DNA of 63,312 bases, the filler included, from Ministeria vibrans ATCC 50519 (Eukaryota > Protista > Filasterea), in NCBI GenBank assembly GCA_943704425.1. It is 11 parts of 11 records of this genome, joined end to end, with 100 filler letters (N's around TTAATTAATTAA, not from the genome) between each part and the next. Parts side by side here need not be neighbours in the genome. Positions count along the whole stretch, not along the records: positions 42,394 to 59,942 come from CALSCP010001655.1; 10 more parts are not named here. One strand, 5' to 3'. The position numbers and the translations under genes were made by a program. Positions 44,189 through 57,354 of the stretch are shown one piece after another. The notes beneath the pieces are model-generated. The model saw only the letters and a list, made by a program, of their open reading frames with translations. It was not told the origin of the DNA and did not search any database. Within the stretch, counting starts at the first letter, position 1, and each line of letters starts with the position of its first letter.

Positions 44189-46165
44189 ATGGCATGCAAT
44201 GGATCACTGTCGATACGTCTTGTTGACTTGGACCATGTGATGTGTCGACCACGCGCGGCCACGCGAGACCCAACCTTGTCGCTTGTGGATTCACGACAAA
44301 TCGCTGTGGTGCCCGTCATTCGCATCTTTGGCTCAACACCGGCCGGTCAGCGCTGCTGCCTCCATCTCCACCGCGCCTTCCCCTACTTCTATGTGCCTCT
44401 GCCTCCCCTCGCCATTCGCCAGCTGGGCCTCGGCCGTGCGTCCTCACAAACATGCGCTGAAAATCGTGCTGCAAACACGTCGCCGTCAAATCTGTCGCCA
44501 GGTGCCGACGAGGGCGTTCTGGGTGCCCTTGCCCGTGACTACTGTCGTCGTTTTGGTATTGCTCTAGACCAACGCATTGATGCGGCGCTAGCACAAGCTG
44601 GGAAACGCGTCGACGGAATGCCACCAGGTCAGAAGCACCACAAATCTTATCATCTTGCTCATCTCCCTCTCTCTTTCTTTCTTTTGTTTTCTTTTTGCTA
44701 GGCCAACACATTTTCAACGTGGTTATAGTCCGCGGACTTGCCTACTACGGCTACCATCCTAAGGAGTCGCTGTTTCTCAAGATTTTTCTATTCAATCCAT
44801 CGATAGTGGCGCTGGCAGCAGAGCAGTTGAGGGCCTTTCGCATGGCTCCACACGAAGCGCACGTTCCCTTTCACTTGCAGGTCATGATTGACCTTGGCCT
44901 TTGTGGCATGTCGCTGGTGACGCTGTCGCACGTGCTCTTCCGTTCACCCTTGCCCTTGGAATCGGGTCGCACCACCCGCTGTTTGGACGCGCGCTGGAAC
45001 GCCACACTCTCGGCCGAACCGGTCCCCTCTGCACCGTCGCCCCTCTCTTCCCTTGCCAACGTCTACACCGAGGCAACTGTACCACCGCATCTCCGCTTGC
45101 CGAACCATGTGCACAAAGCAAGTCGCTGTGAACTCGAGTGTGATGCTACCATTGCCGATGTGGAGCGTGCCGCTCCACCCAACACCACCGGTCCTCTTCG
45201 CACCGACGGACGTGTTGCCGATGCCAATACTCCTGGTCAACGGCTCGTGCGCTCATTGGCGGCCCTGTGGAAAGCTGAGCGAACTCGACGTCTTTCCAAG
45301 GGCCTCGCCTCGCAACTGCCGGTGCCCGAGACGCAAGAACGCCAGCCTGACCCGGAGACAGCGCGACAACAACGCCACCGTATGGCCTTTGAGGCGTCTC
45401 TGGTGGATGCGGAGACAAAGACGGATGGTGCTGCTGGTCCTGATGGGCCAGCCTTGGAATTTACCGCAGCTTTTGATCGAGAAGCATATGCCACACAATT
45501 GGATGCGGCAGGTGTGAGGTGCCGACAGCAAGAGACGGTGAAGGGAGCAGCGGTCGAGAATGACGGTGTGGGGGGCAAGGAAGCAGAAGAAGAGGAGGAA
45601 CCTTTGTCAGAGATGATGTTGGAGGCCATGGAGAATGCAGTGGCGGCTTTGGAGCAGCAAGAGATGATTGAAGACGATGAAGAGGAGAATAGCGACGATG
45701 AGGATAGGGCCGATGAAGAGGATGGTGACGAGGAAGGCCGCACTGAGAGACGCGAGGCGAAAAGACGTGCAGCAGCAGCAGTAGCAGCAGATTTGAATCC
45801 TCCATGTGAGGATGGGATTGGTGGTGAGCGTGAGTCGTGGGGTCTGTTGGAGTTGCTGGCGACACAACAGGAGCCACGTGAAACGGCGAGTGGACGGTCG
45901 TCAGCTGATGGGGACTGGGAAGATGTGCTTTCACAGTTGAATTGGATGCGGCAGAATGCGGCCGATGCAGACGAAGAGGAGGTACAGAGGGCACTCTACG
46001 ACGAGCGACGAGAGCACGAAGAGGATGATTTCCTGGGTGAGGATGATGTAGGTGCGGGCCCCTTGAGAGTCGACGATGAGACAGTTGTATCACAGGCAAA
46101 TGACGAAGCAGAGGAGAATGACGAGAGTAGCAATGGTAGTGTGGCGGAGGAGAATGTCAGCGACG

Positions 46166-46199
<34 letters not shown>

Positions 46200-49100
46200 A
46201 CCAAAAGACTTTACATTTCTTCCCCACCTCTCAACACCTCAGCGTCAACGTCGTCTCGCCGGTACACCAATCTGCATTCCCAACACGCCATCCAACGACG
46301 ACAACAATGGTCACAGCAGCCTTTCACACCACTCGCGCATTATGAGTGACCTTGAAGCAGCGTCGCAGTCATCAGAGTCTTTGAGTTCACTTAACTACGT
46401 TCCAGCGACTGCCGTACCACCTCCGTCCTCCTCTGTGTCCTCTCGAAAACGGCGAATGTGGTCCATTGCACGCGACCCGAGCATCACTGGTTCGCGTCTC
46501 TTCTCTGTACCCGATTCGCAAAACGACGACAACCACGACGACTCCCCAGCACGGCGACCTCCAGCAAGTGGTGGCGGTATCCCAGAGACACCCAATCTGA
46601 ATCGTCATTGCAGTGGTCAGCTTAATGATCAGCTCGCGTTCCTTCCAGGCGAGGCATCCCTCAACCCATTTGCGCACCACGCCCTCTTACATCTCTCGCC
46701 ACCTTCCTCTCCACCCCCCTTGGCCGTCATGCATATACCACGCCTCAGCGACGACCACGTGGACGACGATAATAATGGCGAGATGTCAATTGACAACGCG
46801 TTCGCGCTCGAGTATGGAGTGTATGGTGCAAGCGCAGTCGAGCAACTGGTGTTCGAACACCACAACGACGAGTGCTCTCTTGAGATTGCCTCTCCTTCTC
46901 TGTCTCAGGCCACAACAACCCTCACGTGTGGACTGCGTGCGCCCTTGGTGCATGAGCTCATGGACACCATTGAGCTCTATGGGCCCCAATTCATCCATGT
47001 GGAGACACACTTCTCAAAGCGAGCGGATGTCACGGGCCCACGAACGTTTCATCGACGGCGCTTCAATATACCCTATCTTCGCGAGCACGCATGGGATGCC
47101 GGTAGTGACATTACGCTGGCCGGCGATCGCGCGTGGCGCAGTGCCAGCACAGATCGCACTCTGCTCGATGTCGATGCCACACAGCAGGTGCCCCAACAGA
47201 ATGGTCGCCTCACACGTCCCACTACTTTGGAGCTCGTTCCATTGCGCCGCCCACCTTCAGCACGTGCCCTTGTACTTCAACAACAACGGCAACAACGACA
47301 GCGGCAGCAGACGCAAAATCATCCTTCTGTCGACTCATTGACTCAATCCAACACTGACACCAACAGGAACAACGATAGGTACTCAATGAGCGGCGCAACA
47401 CAAACCACCGCCCGTCCAAAGATGGCTACTGGTCGTGTCCCTCCTCCTCCGCCAAAGAAACCAGTTGGGAGCGCCTCGCAACTGGATGGTCCCACAGCTC
47501 GTGTGCAAGGGGCTAGTATGGGTGGCTCACAGGTAGACGACCACGAGCATTTGCAGTTGTGTGTAATGTGCATCGAAGTTCACGCTCGCTCGCGAGACCA
47601 TCTCATGCCTGATCCACGCTACGATCCCGTTCTTGCCTTCTCTTACTGTCTTCGTGTGGATGAGGCCAAAGCACGCGGTGAACGCGACCTCTGTGGCGTC
47701 GTGGTGGTGACTGACGATAAGTGTGACGTCGAGGAAATGGACATGGGCGGTGGGGGCGACGACGAAGATGACATTCTGCATGAGGCACGACGACGACGTC
47801 GTCGTCGTCGTCAATTGGGTTCCCGTGTACGCGATGGCCGCGTGACACAAGTGGAATCTGAACGAGCGTTGGTGGACGCTCTGGTGGCACTTGTGCTCAA
47901 GTGGGACCCGGACTTTGTGGGTGGCTACGAGGTGCACAAGCTCTCGTTGGGCTACCTCCTTCAGCGTGCCCAACTCGCCTACAAGCTAGATCTGTGCTCC
48001 GAGCTGTCGCGCACACCCTTCTCGGGCACCAACAAGTTTGACGAGGGTGACGCGTGGGGCCGTCGCAAGACCAACAGCATTCACATTGCGGGTCGTCTCG
48101 TGCTCAATGTGTGGCGTCTCATGCGCAAGGAAGTCGCTCTCAACATTTACACCTTTGAGAATGTCTGCTGGCGCATTCTCCAACGCCGCGTGCCCCACTA
48201 CTCATTTCGCTCACTCTCCGACTGGTTCGACGATGGTGCACTCCGCTCTCGTACTCTTGATCACTGCCTGTCACGTGCCGTCTCCACTATGGAACTTCTT
48301 GACAAGGTACCTAATGTGAACAATTATATTTTTTTGTTCTTCATCTCACAAAAAAAACTCGATTTTTCCTCTTCTCTCTATCATCACCTTGTATTCTTCT
48401 CCCTCTTCCCTTTGTACTCGTATCTATCTTCTCTTTCTATCACTTTGTGTTCTTCTCCCTCTATCACTTTGTATTTTTCTCTATCACTCACTACTTTTCG
48501 CCTTTTGCACTCCTTTCACGTTGTCACTCAATGTGTGCCTTTCTATTTCCTTTCTTTCTTTCCCTTTTTGCTCTTTCTTGCACTTGGGTAGCGAGATGTG
48601 ATTGGACGCACAAGTGAGCTTGCACTCGTGTTTGGCATTCGATATTTTGACGTCGACTACCGTGGCTCGCAGTATCGCGTTGAGTCGGTGATGTTGCGCG
48701 TGGCCAAGCCACTGCACTATGTGTGTCTGACGCCCAGCCGTGCTCAGGTGGCGGGACAGCTTGCACCCGAGTGTCTTGCGCTCAATATGGAGCCCGAGTC
48801 GCGCATGTATACATCGCCCGTGCTTGTGTTGGACTTTCAGTCGTTGTTTCCCTCCATTATGATTGGCTATAACTATTGCTACTCGACCTGTCTCGGGCGT
48901 GTGGGCACGCCACGCCAGCGCCGTCGTCTTGGAGTTGCCTCCTTCAACGTGGCGCCCGAGACGGAGGCGGCGCTGCATGATCACGTTGAGGTGTCGCCCA
49001 ATGGCGTGGTATTTGTCAAGGAGGAGGTGCGCAAGGGTGTGCTGGCGCAGATGTTGACGGAAATTCTTGAGACGCGGCAAATGTACAAGAGAACGATGCG

Positions 49101-50632
49101 CGAGGGAAACGCATCGGCAGGTTTGTTGCGCCGCATGGACGCACGACAACTGGCATTGAAGCTTATTGCCAACGTGACGTATGGCTATGTGACGGCGTCC
49201 ATGACGGGCCGCATGCCCTGTGTCGACGTGGCCGACGCCATTGTGGAGACGGCACGCGAGCGACTTGAAGAGGCTATTCAGCTGGTGCACAGTCGTCCTG
49301 AGTGGGGTGGCGAGGTAGTCTACGGCGACACCGACAGCATGTTTGTGCATCTCAAGGGCAAATCGCGCGACGAGGCACATCGTATTGGCCAAGAGATTGC
49401 AGACGAGGTGACACGGCGCAATCGCAGACCAATCAAGCTCAAATTTGAAAAGGCACACACACGCACACAAAAAAAAAACATAATACGGTCTTGATTTTGT
49501 GTTTTAATCATTCGATGTTTTGTATATTTTATTTTTTATTGTGAAGGTGTATTTGCCGTGTATTCTGCAGGCAAAGAAGCGCTACTGTGGAATGATGTAT
49601 GAAACACGGGAGCAAACGGAGGGTGTGTGGGATGCAAAAGGAATTGAGACAGTGCGACGGGACACATGTCCGGCGGTGAGCAAGATGCTTGAGCGTACCC
49701 TCAAAGTACTGTTTGAGACAAAGGATGTTTCGCGTGTGAAGGCATATGTGATTGGACAGTTTCAGAAGATGCAGGAAGGGCGTGTGTCGCCACTGGAGTA
49801 TGTGTTTGCAACTGAGCTGAGGTCTCACTACAAGCATGAGATGCGACATGCTGTGCCGATGATTGCTAATCGAATGCGGCAATCTGATCCGCGGTCCTAT
49901 CCCGAAATTGGCGAGCGTGTTCCCTATGTGGTCACGGCGACGGGTGTGCTGTCGTCGCGCCTTATTGATGGTGTTGTGTCGGTACGCGAGGCCATTGTGA
50001 ACCCGCTCAAGCTGCCCAACGTTCGCTTTTACATTGAAAAGCGCATTGTGCCGGCGCTCGACCGCTTTCTTACTCTTGAGGGGTGCAGTGCTGCCGAGTG
50101 GTACCGGAGTGTGCCAAAGCCGGAGCGCACAAGCGCGGCTGAAGCAGCGGCAGCGGATGCTGCGGCTGGTGCGGCTCGTGGAGGGACGGACGGGGTGACG
50201 TCACGCCTTGTTGCGAGCGCCACGACCATTCTTGCGCGTGGACCTGTGGGTGTGGGAGGGGCAGTGCGACAGCAGCAGGAGAACCAGTCGATTACACGGT
50301 TTGCCATGCGCATGCAGTGCATAGTGTGCAACACCTCGGTGGACACGGGTGCTCGGTCAGTGGTGGTGACGCGAGTGGGTCGCGTGTGCAGCTCGTGCCT
50401 GGACAACCCTTCGAGGTCGCTGGTGGTGCTTGGGGCGCGTGTGCGTCGCATTGAGGAGCGTGAGGATGCCGTCAATGCCATCTGCGTCAACTGTGTTGGC
50501 ACCCGTGCATTGGTCGATGCCTGCGAGTCTATTGATTGCCAGCTCTATGTGGAGCGACTGCGCGTTCGGGACAAGATCAAAGAGGCGCAGCGACTCGAGC
50601 TGACCTCCGATCGGCTAGTCAAAATGTTGTAA
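44189..50632 (+). CDS. REV3: DNA polymerase zeta catalytic subunit, 4 exons
   Basis: VPVIRIFGSTPAGQRCCLHLH..FPYFY, PDPRYDP, RGSQYRVES, LDFQSLFPS, KLIANVTYGY, YGDTDS, KGIETVRRD, CysA/CysB motifs. Confidence 0.95.
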
Positions 50633-50639
50633 TAAAAAA

Positions 50640-51560
50640 TTATGGGCTCGATTCAAAAATGACGACGCCGATGCGGCCTGGGTCGACGTCTGCGAGCTTT
50701 GCGTGGTCCTTCTTGGCCGCCAACGGAATTGGATCGCCGTTGTCATCAAAAGGCCCGTGAAGCTGTCTTTGGAAATTTCTCGTGTGTCGTTGTCGTCGTG
50801 TGGGCGAAATCAAGAGAAAACACGTTCGTCAGGAGACCTTGGCAAAACATCCTCACCACATTGCCGTACACAAACGTGCCGGACACAAATGAGCGTGCAC
50901 CGGGCTCACCGTCGTCGCCGCCTTCCCCAGATGAAACTCGTTGTCGGGATCCTCAGCTGAGAAACACGAGCCAAACTTCAGCAGATTGGCGTAGTCATTG
51001 CGCACCCCAAAGAACGGCACGCTCTGGCGCAACTTGCGCGGGGCACCCATACGAGCATCGGCAACCGCGCGACTCGCTCTGCCTGTCGTAATCCTGCCGG
51101 GGAGCCGCATCGTATTGGTGGTGATGTGCTGGCCCTTACGACGCATTGGTTCCTGCGGATTGACGGATCGCATCACCAAAGCAGCCAATGAAGATTCGGT
51201 GAGCCCGATCTTGCGCTTCTTGCGTCCTCCTTCGCCGGCTTCCCCGTCAGCTGCGACGGCGAGTTCATCGCAGTTGTGCTCGGTCTTGGCGACCTTGCAC
51301 ACCCAGTTGTCTTCGACGCGCGAGCGCTCAAACGTCACGCGAAACTCACAGCCGTCGGTGGGAAAGCTGGTCAGCTTCGAACCGTGCGTGGCGCAGACGT
51401 AGCAACGACGCACCGCGTTGCTGTTGCGAAGACCGGTCGCTTGCCGCCGCAACAGCGTTTCGTCGTGGAGAATAAAATCGAGTGGATCTGTTATTGCGTG
51501 CACGACGTTGCCGACCGTGCACTTCAAAGGGGGTGTGTGTAAGCGACAGGCCTTTGTATT
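50640..51560 (-). mobile_element. Decayed Mutator-like (MULE) transposase pseudogene
   Basis: WRKY/GCM1-like C..GCEFRVTF...W.....HNC, then after frameshifts VFSLDFAH (first catalytic D context) and DDNGDPIPLA; no complete DDE. Confidence 0.6.
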
Positions 51561-52249
51561 CGGAAGGAAAAGGGAATGATTTGTAAATTTCGCGCCAAAA
51601 CTCAAAACTGAAAAACGAGCGCCAAACAAATCAAACCCGAATTCTGCACCTGTGCGTTGACAATGTCAAGAGCACCTCTCTGCATGGTGATACGAGAAAA
51701 AACACAAAGAAAAACTGCTGAAATTTATGAAAAATGTTTAGTGTTTACTCGAGTGACCGACCTTCGCCCCCTGGGTCATTTTTTCGCTGCCGAGTGCCGG
51801 GAAATTGGCCCCGTACTGACTTACCATGATACCATTATGTCCAATCTAGCGTCTGCTTGATTCTCGCAAGCCCCGGCGACGAAGATTTGTGCAACATTGT
51901 TGACATTGTGGATTTTGAATAGATGAAAAAGAAAATTATTGTGGATTTTGAATAGAACCCAAAACTTATTTTTGATTTCTCAGTGGCGCCAGAGCCTTTG
52001 CAGGCGTGCGCACTGCGGCCGTCTGTCTGAGTTCGCCCATTTACTGCCGAGGAGAGAACCAAATAACAACAATATTTCCACACCACTGCCACAAGCAAGG
52101 AGGATTTCCCATCTATAACCTTAGTAACAACACTTCTCCCATCGCCCATCTCACATCTGCAGTGATCTGCTAGCCCAAGTAGAATACAATGAAGATGGAG
52201 CGCTCGTCAATCCAAGACTAATAATTATTTTATACTTCTCTTAGCTTTT

Positions 52250-52399
52250 CTTATCTCAATACAATACTGTCATAAATTATTAGTAATAACCTTATCAGTG
52301 TGATTAATATCATTAATTCTCGGTTTCTTTGTTCTCACATATTTATCATTGTTTGAAGAAGGCCCTGTCTCACGAGGTTTCCCTTATCAGCCTTATCAG
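52250..52399 (-). promoter_or_regulatory. Cluster of GATA-type (WGATAA) motifs upstream of small secreted protein
   Basis: CCTTATCAG at 52290, 52382 and 52391, plus CTTATCT (52250) and TTTATCA (about 52342). Confidence 0.4.
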
Positions 52400-52400
52400 C

Positions 52401-53187
52401 ATGTCGCCCTCCGCGTAAGTGCCCTCTCTCTCTCCTCACACATCAAAAAAAAAAAAAAGGACAGCCTGTTTCTCAAGTGGTCGCACGGACGCATGTCCCG
52501 ACTCAAATGCACTCGCTGGACATTTATTGGGCGGTGGAGACTCCACTCGCGCCTTGGCCGTCGTGCTGCCGGCGTCCTATGTGCCTGTAGAGCTCATACG
52601 GAGAGCATTTTGGTTTCTTATAGAAAACTTGTCCTTGTTCTGGCAATGTGTGTCGCTGTTTCTCATGCTAGCTTCACCAGGTGTCGCACTACGATGTTTT
52701 GGTACGTCCCGAATGTGTCTTATAGTATTTTTTCGGTGGTGATTTAAAAAATTCATTGAAAATCACAGAGCAAAAAAAAAAAAAACGCTCCTGAGCCGAC
52801 TTTGAAACGCTTCTTGCCCGTAGCACTGGTGGAGATGCTGGAGTTCAATCGTCGGGCTCGACCTCAACCCCGGCAAACTCTGTTGGAGCGCGCACGACGC
52901 CCTCTCAGAAGGAGTTTGGTCAGTGTTCCACCATTGGCTCTGGAATGCAGGTGTGCTACCTCGACGTGACCGCCTCTGGCTCCGGTGTCTTTGCTAGCTT
53001 TTTCGTCGAACAGTCGGGCAACAGCGAGAGGATTGTCAAGGTGGTTGCCAGTACGAGTAGCAATACGTGCGCCTTGCAGTTTGTCCCCACCTTTGCCGCC
53101 CTGAACGTCGGCTCTGTGACACCCTTGAGTGGCAATGTGGATTCCGTCTCCTGCACTATCATCTCGTTCCACCACTCGAGTGCGTAG
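52401..53187 (+). CDS. Small secreted hypothetical protein, 3 exons (about 151 aa)
   Basis: Exons 52401-52414, 52624-52701, 52824-53187 splice in phase to MSPSAKLVLVLAMCVAVSHA-SFTRCRTTMFCTGG...HHSSA*. Confidence 0.65.
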
Positions 53188-53293
53188 TAAACAATGTCAA
53201 TCCAAATAAAGCAATGCAATAAAACATTCTATTTACATTTTTCTTTCATCAGCTGTACATGGGAAGCTTATGTATACATGTGGTGCGTGTGTG

Positions 53294-54520
53294 CTATACA
53301 GTTTCACGTTTGATAATGGCCGCAATGTACAGGCCGGAGGTAAGGCCATCGCGAGGGTCGAAGCGGAGACAGGGGAAGGGGTTGGAAGGGCCGGCGGGGC
53401 CGGCGGGACGAGAGGGCCAGGCGTGGGCGGACGGTGGCGCGGCAGTGACGAGGTGGGCCGTGGGCTGCGTGTCAAGGAGCCACTGGACAATGTCTTCGTT
53501 TTGGGCGCGCGTGAGACTGCAGGTGGAGTAGATGAGACGCCCCGCTGTGGCATTGCTATCACCACTGCTGCTCCTGCTACTACTACTACTACTACTCTTA
53601 CTAGAGCTACCGCTAGAGCTGCTGGTGGGGCGGAGGAGGTTAAAGCCACGCAGGAGAAGTGCACGCTGAAGATCACGCAGGTGAACGCCGTCTGCGTCGT
53701 CGGCAAAGACACGACGGTCAAATGTATCCCAGCCCCAGTCTGTGCCAAATTTAGCAATGTGGCGCAGTGAACCGTCGTGGGTGCACTGGGCGTCGACAAG
53801 CACACGGTCGAAGTAGCGAGGAGGCAGCGGCGGAAGTGGCTGTACAAAGGAATGTGTGTGGTAGTAGAGGAGTGGCGTGGACGTGTCCGTGGCTTGAGCT
53901 GCAACGCGCTGTTGGTGTCGCGCAGAGGCCCGTCCGGCGTTTGGCACGGCGGCGCACTCGCCTACCGAGTCCACTGCAAGTGCAAATTGACGAGCGTCTC
54001 CCAAGTACAAGCGAACATTGCGAAGGTGGTGTTTGCGAGCAAGCGTGGTGCACGCGGCGAGGCGTGCGGGCGAGACGTCGACGGCCGTGACTGAACCCGA
54101 CGACGTGTGTGGATGCAGACGTTGTGCGATCATCGCCATTTTAGCACCGGGTGCACAACAAAGATCGAGAACAGTCGAGTGAGGGTCCACTTGAAGAGCC
54201 AACACAGCGGCACAGCTGGCGGCGTCGATGCCCAGCAGCTGGCCCGCCCTGTACGCCTCCAAGTGCGAAATGCGACTGTCAGCGCCGCGCACTTGATAAA
54301 ATCGATTGTGCTCGTCTGTGTCGTTCAGCCACGGCACGGGCGTCACCTCAACGCCGTCCTGGTCCGCACTGAGCGCCTCCAGCAGCCTGTCGCTGTCGCT
54401 GTCGTCGTCTGATGTGCGCGGCACACGCACAAATCGTCGATCCAGAAACTCCACATCGTATGCCTCTTCGGGAACGCCATTGTCGCGAAGGAACGCTCGA
54501 AACGACGGAGGGAGTTCCAT
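53294..54520 (-). CDS. RsmB/NOP2/NSUN-family RNA m5C methyltransferase
   Basis: VLDLCCAPGAK, FDRVLVDAQCTHDGS, YSTCS....QNE. Confidence 0.9.
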   Translation of the reverse strand: MELPPSFRAFLRDNGVPEEAYDVEFLDRRFVRVPRTSDDDSDSDRLLEALSADQDGVEVTPVPWLNDTDEHNRFYQVRGADSRISHLEAYRAGQLLGIDAASCAAVLALQVDPHSTVLDLCCAPGAKMAMIAQRLHPHTSSGSVTAVDVSPARLAACTTLARKHHLRNVRLYLGDARQFALAVDSVGECAAVPNAGRASARHQQRVAAQATDTSTPLLYYHTHSFVQPLPPLPPRYFDRVLVDAQCTHDGSLRHIAKFGTDWGWDTFDRRVFADDADGVHLRDLQRALLLRGFNLLRPTSSSSGSSSKSSSSSSSRSSSGDSNATAGRLIYSTCSLTRAQNEDIVQWLLDTQPTAHLVTAAPPSAHAWPSRPAGPAGPSNPFPCLRFDPRDGLTSGLYIAAIIKRETV

Positions 54521-54777
54521 TTCTTTGCACAAGCCAGAAAAGGTGTTAACTGTGTTCTGTTGTGGTGACAAATAAATAGAAATTCTACTTTCCTATTCAA
54601 AGTGAAATTACTCGTCGTAATGTCTGAAATGAGACATGAGTCAAATCATTAATGATTAANNNNNNNNNCAACAAAAAAAAAAAAAAAAAATCAGAAGGAA
54701 TCAATCAAAACAGTCCGATTACATATTTCTACACAAGCTGTTTGCGTCCTCATGTTTTTTTTTTTTTTCTTGTTCAG

Positions 54778-55939
54778 ACTGGATCACCTGTGGGCCAAGA
54801 TCGCGAGCTGGAACCGTTCGAGCGCGATCCAATGAATCAACTCAACTCGCGCCTGATCGATCGGCTACACGAGCACAGTCAGTCCCGCCGCAAAAACACT
54901 CGCCCCGTCGCATCCCTTCTTACAGACTTCTTTGCTACGAACCAGAGTGGCATCACTCGCAGACTCATTCACGTATAAAAAAGAGGGAGAGAAAAGTGAG
55001 ACTGGATTGTATTCTGACTGTGCTTCGTAGACTAATCGAGTGTCGCGAATGGAGCGAGCGGGACGCATTTCACATATGACGGCCGCAGTGGTTGTAGGCA
55101 ATGGAAAGGGTGCTGTTGGTTTTGGCTATGGAAAGGTATCTGGCTGTTTGTTTTGTCTCTTGTGTGTGTGTGTGTATGTGTCTCATTTCTTTCTCCTCTT
55201 TGTGTGTTATTTTAAGGCGAAGAAGAGGCGAGAGGCAGTGATTGATGCGACAATCAAGGCGCTGCAGCGTATGATTCCAGTTGATCGCTACAATGATCAC
55301 ACTGTCTTCCAGGTACCAAACACGATTGAACGCACTCCGTGTCTTGTCTTTTGTTTATGTGTGTGTTCTGATTCTATGTTTGTGTTTGTGCTTGCGCCTC
55401 TCTCTTTCTGTTTTTTTTCTCTGTTAGGAGGACCGAGTCAAAGTGGGTGGAACGCGCCTCATTCTCCGGCCCTGTCCACCAGGTAAGATTGAAAAAGTAT
55501 GCGAACAGAAGCGTACAAAATACATTATTACGTCTGTTATTATTATTATGTTTTTGTATTTTTCATCTCTATTATTAAATTTGCGAATATGACACTCATG
55601 TGATTTGTGGTGAGTAGGACATGGACTGGTGTGTAACGAAGTACTTCAGCAAGTGTGTCGCATGGCGGGCATTTCCGACATCAGCATCAACATTCACGGC
55701 CGCCCTAACTCCCTCAACATGGTCAAGGCGCTCATCAAAGGCTTTCTCCGCCAGGTATCACGGCGCACGGCTCTACAATTCACTCGCATACCCCTCCTCT
55801 CTCTCTTTCTCTATCACTTTGTTTCTTTCTTTCTCCTCTCTTTCTATCACTTTGACACTTTGTTTCTTTCTCCCTCCTCTCTTTATATCACTTTGACACT
55901 TTGTTTCTTTCTCCCTCCTCTCTCTCTCTCTCTCTCTCC

Positions 55940-56037
<98 letters not shown>

Positions 56038-56291
56038 GTTGTATGTTGCAGCGCACTCTCGAAGAAGTTGCGCGTGCAGAAGGGCGCAACATCTTTCGTC
56101 TGCGCCGTCGTATGCGCCAGCGCGGCCAACACGCGACTGTCGTCGACCATCCTGTGAACAGCTTTGATTACCAGTTCAACACGTACCCAGACATCCCGTT
56201 CCGATCCAACTGGAGAGGTCACTACTCGCTGAAGCTCAAGGACCAGGAACAACTCAGCGTCAAAGAAGCACAAACTGAGATCGCTAAATAA
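54778..56291 (+). CDS. MRPS5: Mitochondrial-type ribosomal protein uS5, 5' truncated, multi-exon
   Basis: NRVSRMERAGRI....AVVVGNGKGAVGFGYGK, VDRYNDHTVF, GHGLVC...CRMAGISDI..G..N..N.VKA. Confidence 0.82.
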
Positions 56292-56428
56292 ACACTGCAC
56301 GACCTGAATACATTTCATCTTCTTTCGACTTCGAGTTCCATTCGAACATCAAAACAAGATGAGAAAGACTTCCACTCCAAAAACAACTGAGAAAGGCTTA
56401 AACAAAATGAGAAAAGACGCATTTGCAT

Positions 56429-57245
56429 TCAGTCGCGAAACTCATAGTCATCATCACTCTCATCCTCATACTCCACAGGCGCCTAAACCACACAATGAGA
56501 CAAGGAACAAGAGAACACGGGTAAAAGAAAGGTAAAAGTAAGTGAGATCAGAGTTCGACAAGAGCACACAAACTCAAACACTTGAGATCAGGCAGGAACA
56601 CACATACTTACATCAAACAAGTCAAATTGTGAGCTGCGCATCATCGCATCGTCTTCCTCATCCTCTTCCATCCCTTCATCTTCCGCCAGTCCATCTACCT
56701 CCTGCATCTCCACTATTCGCAGCCACTGCTGGTTGTGCCATGTAAACCGTTCGTGGCGGATCTTTTCAGCCCATTCACTGCCCGTCTCGTCCAGAAGAAT
56801 ACTAAAGCACAAATCGCACATTCGTCGCACCTAAAATCACACACATTGACACATACACGCAGACAACACATGAACCAGCTGGCAAACAGGCGCCGCCATA
56901 ATAAAACTAACCTCTTTGTTCTTGTCGCGCATGAGATCAATAAGATAATCCACTGCGCGCGTTCTCTCCGTCACATGTTTGCGCACAGCATCGTCACCTG
57001 ACAGAAATTGATAAAACACAAACAAAATCTGCAGGACAATCTCATCATCGAGTTGCTTTGCGTTGAGCACGTCAATGAGAGTCGGAATGAGAGGGGACGC
57101 GACCAGTGTAGGTGCACACGATGGATCACTTGCGAGTGTACCCAGTAGCATAATGCACTGTAGTAAAGAAGGAAAAGTAAAAAGGACATCAAGTTGGCTG
57201 TAAATATTTAAGGCTCACAAATGCACACACATAGTTATGATAAAA

Positions 57246-57317
<72 letters not shown>

Positions 57318-57322
57318 TATTA

Positions 57323-57354
<32 letters not shown>

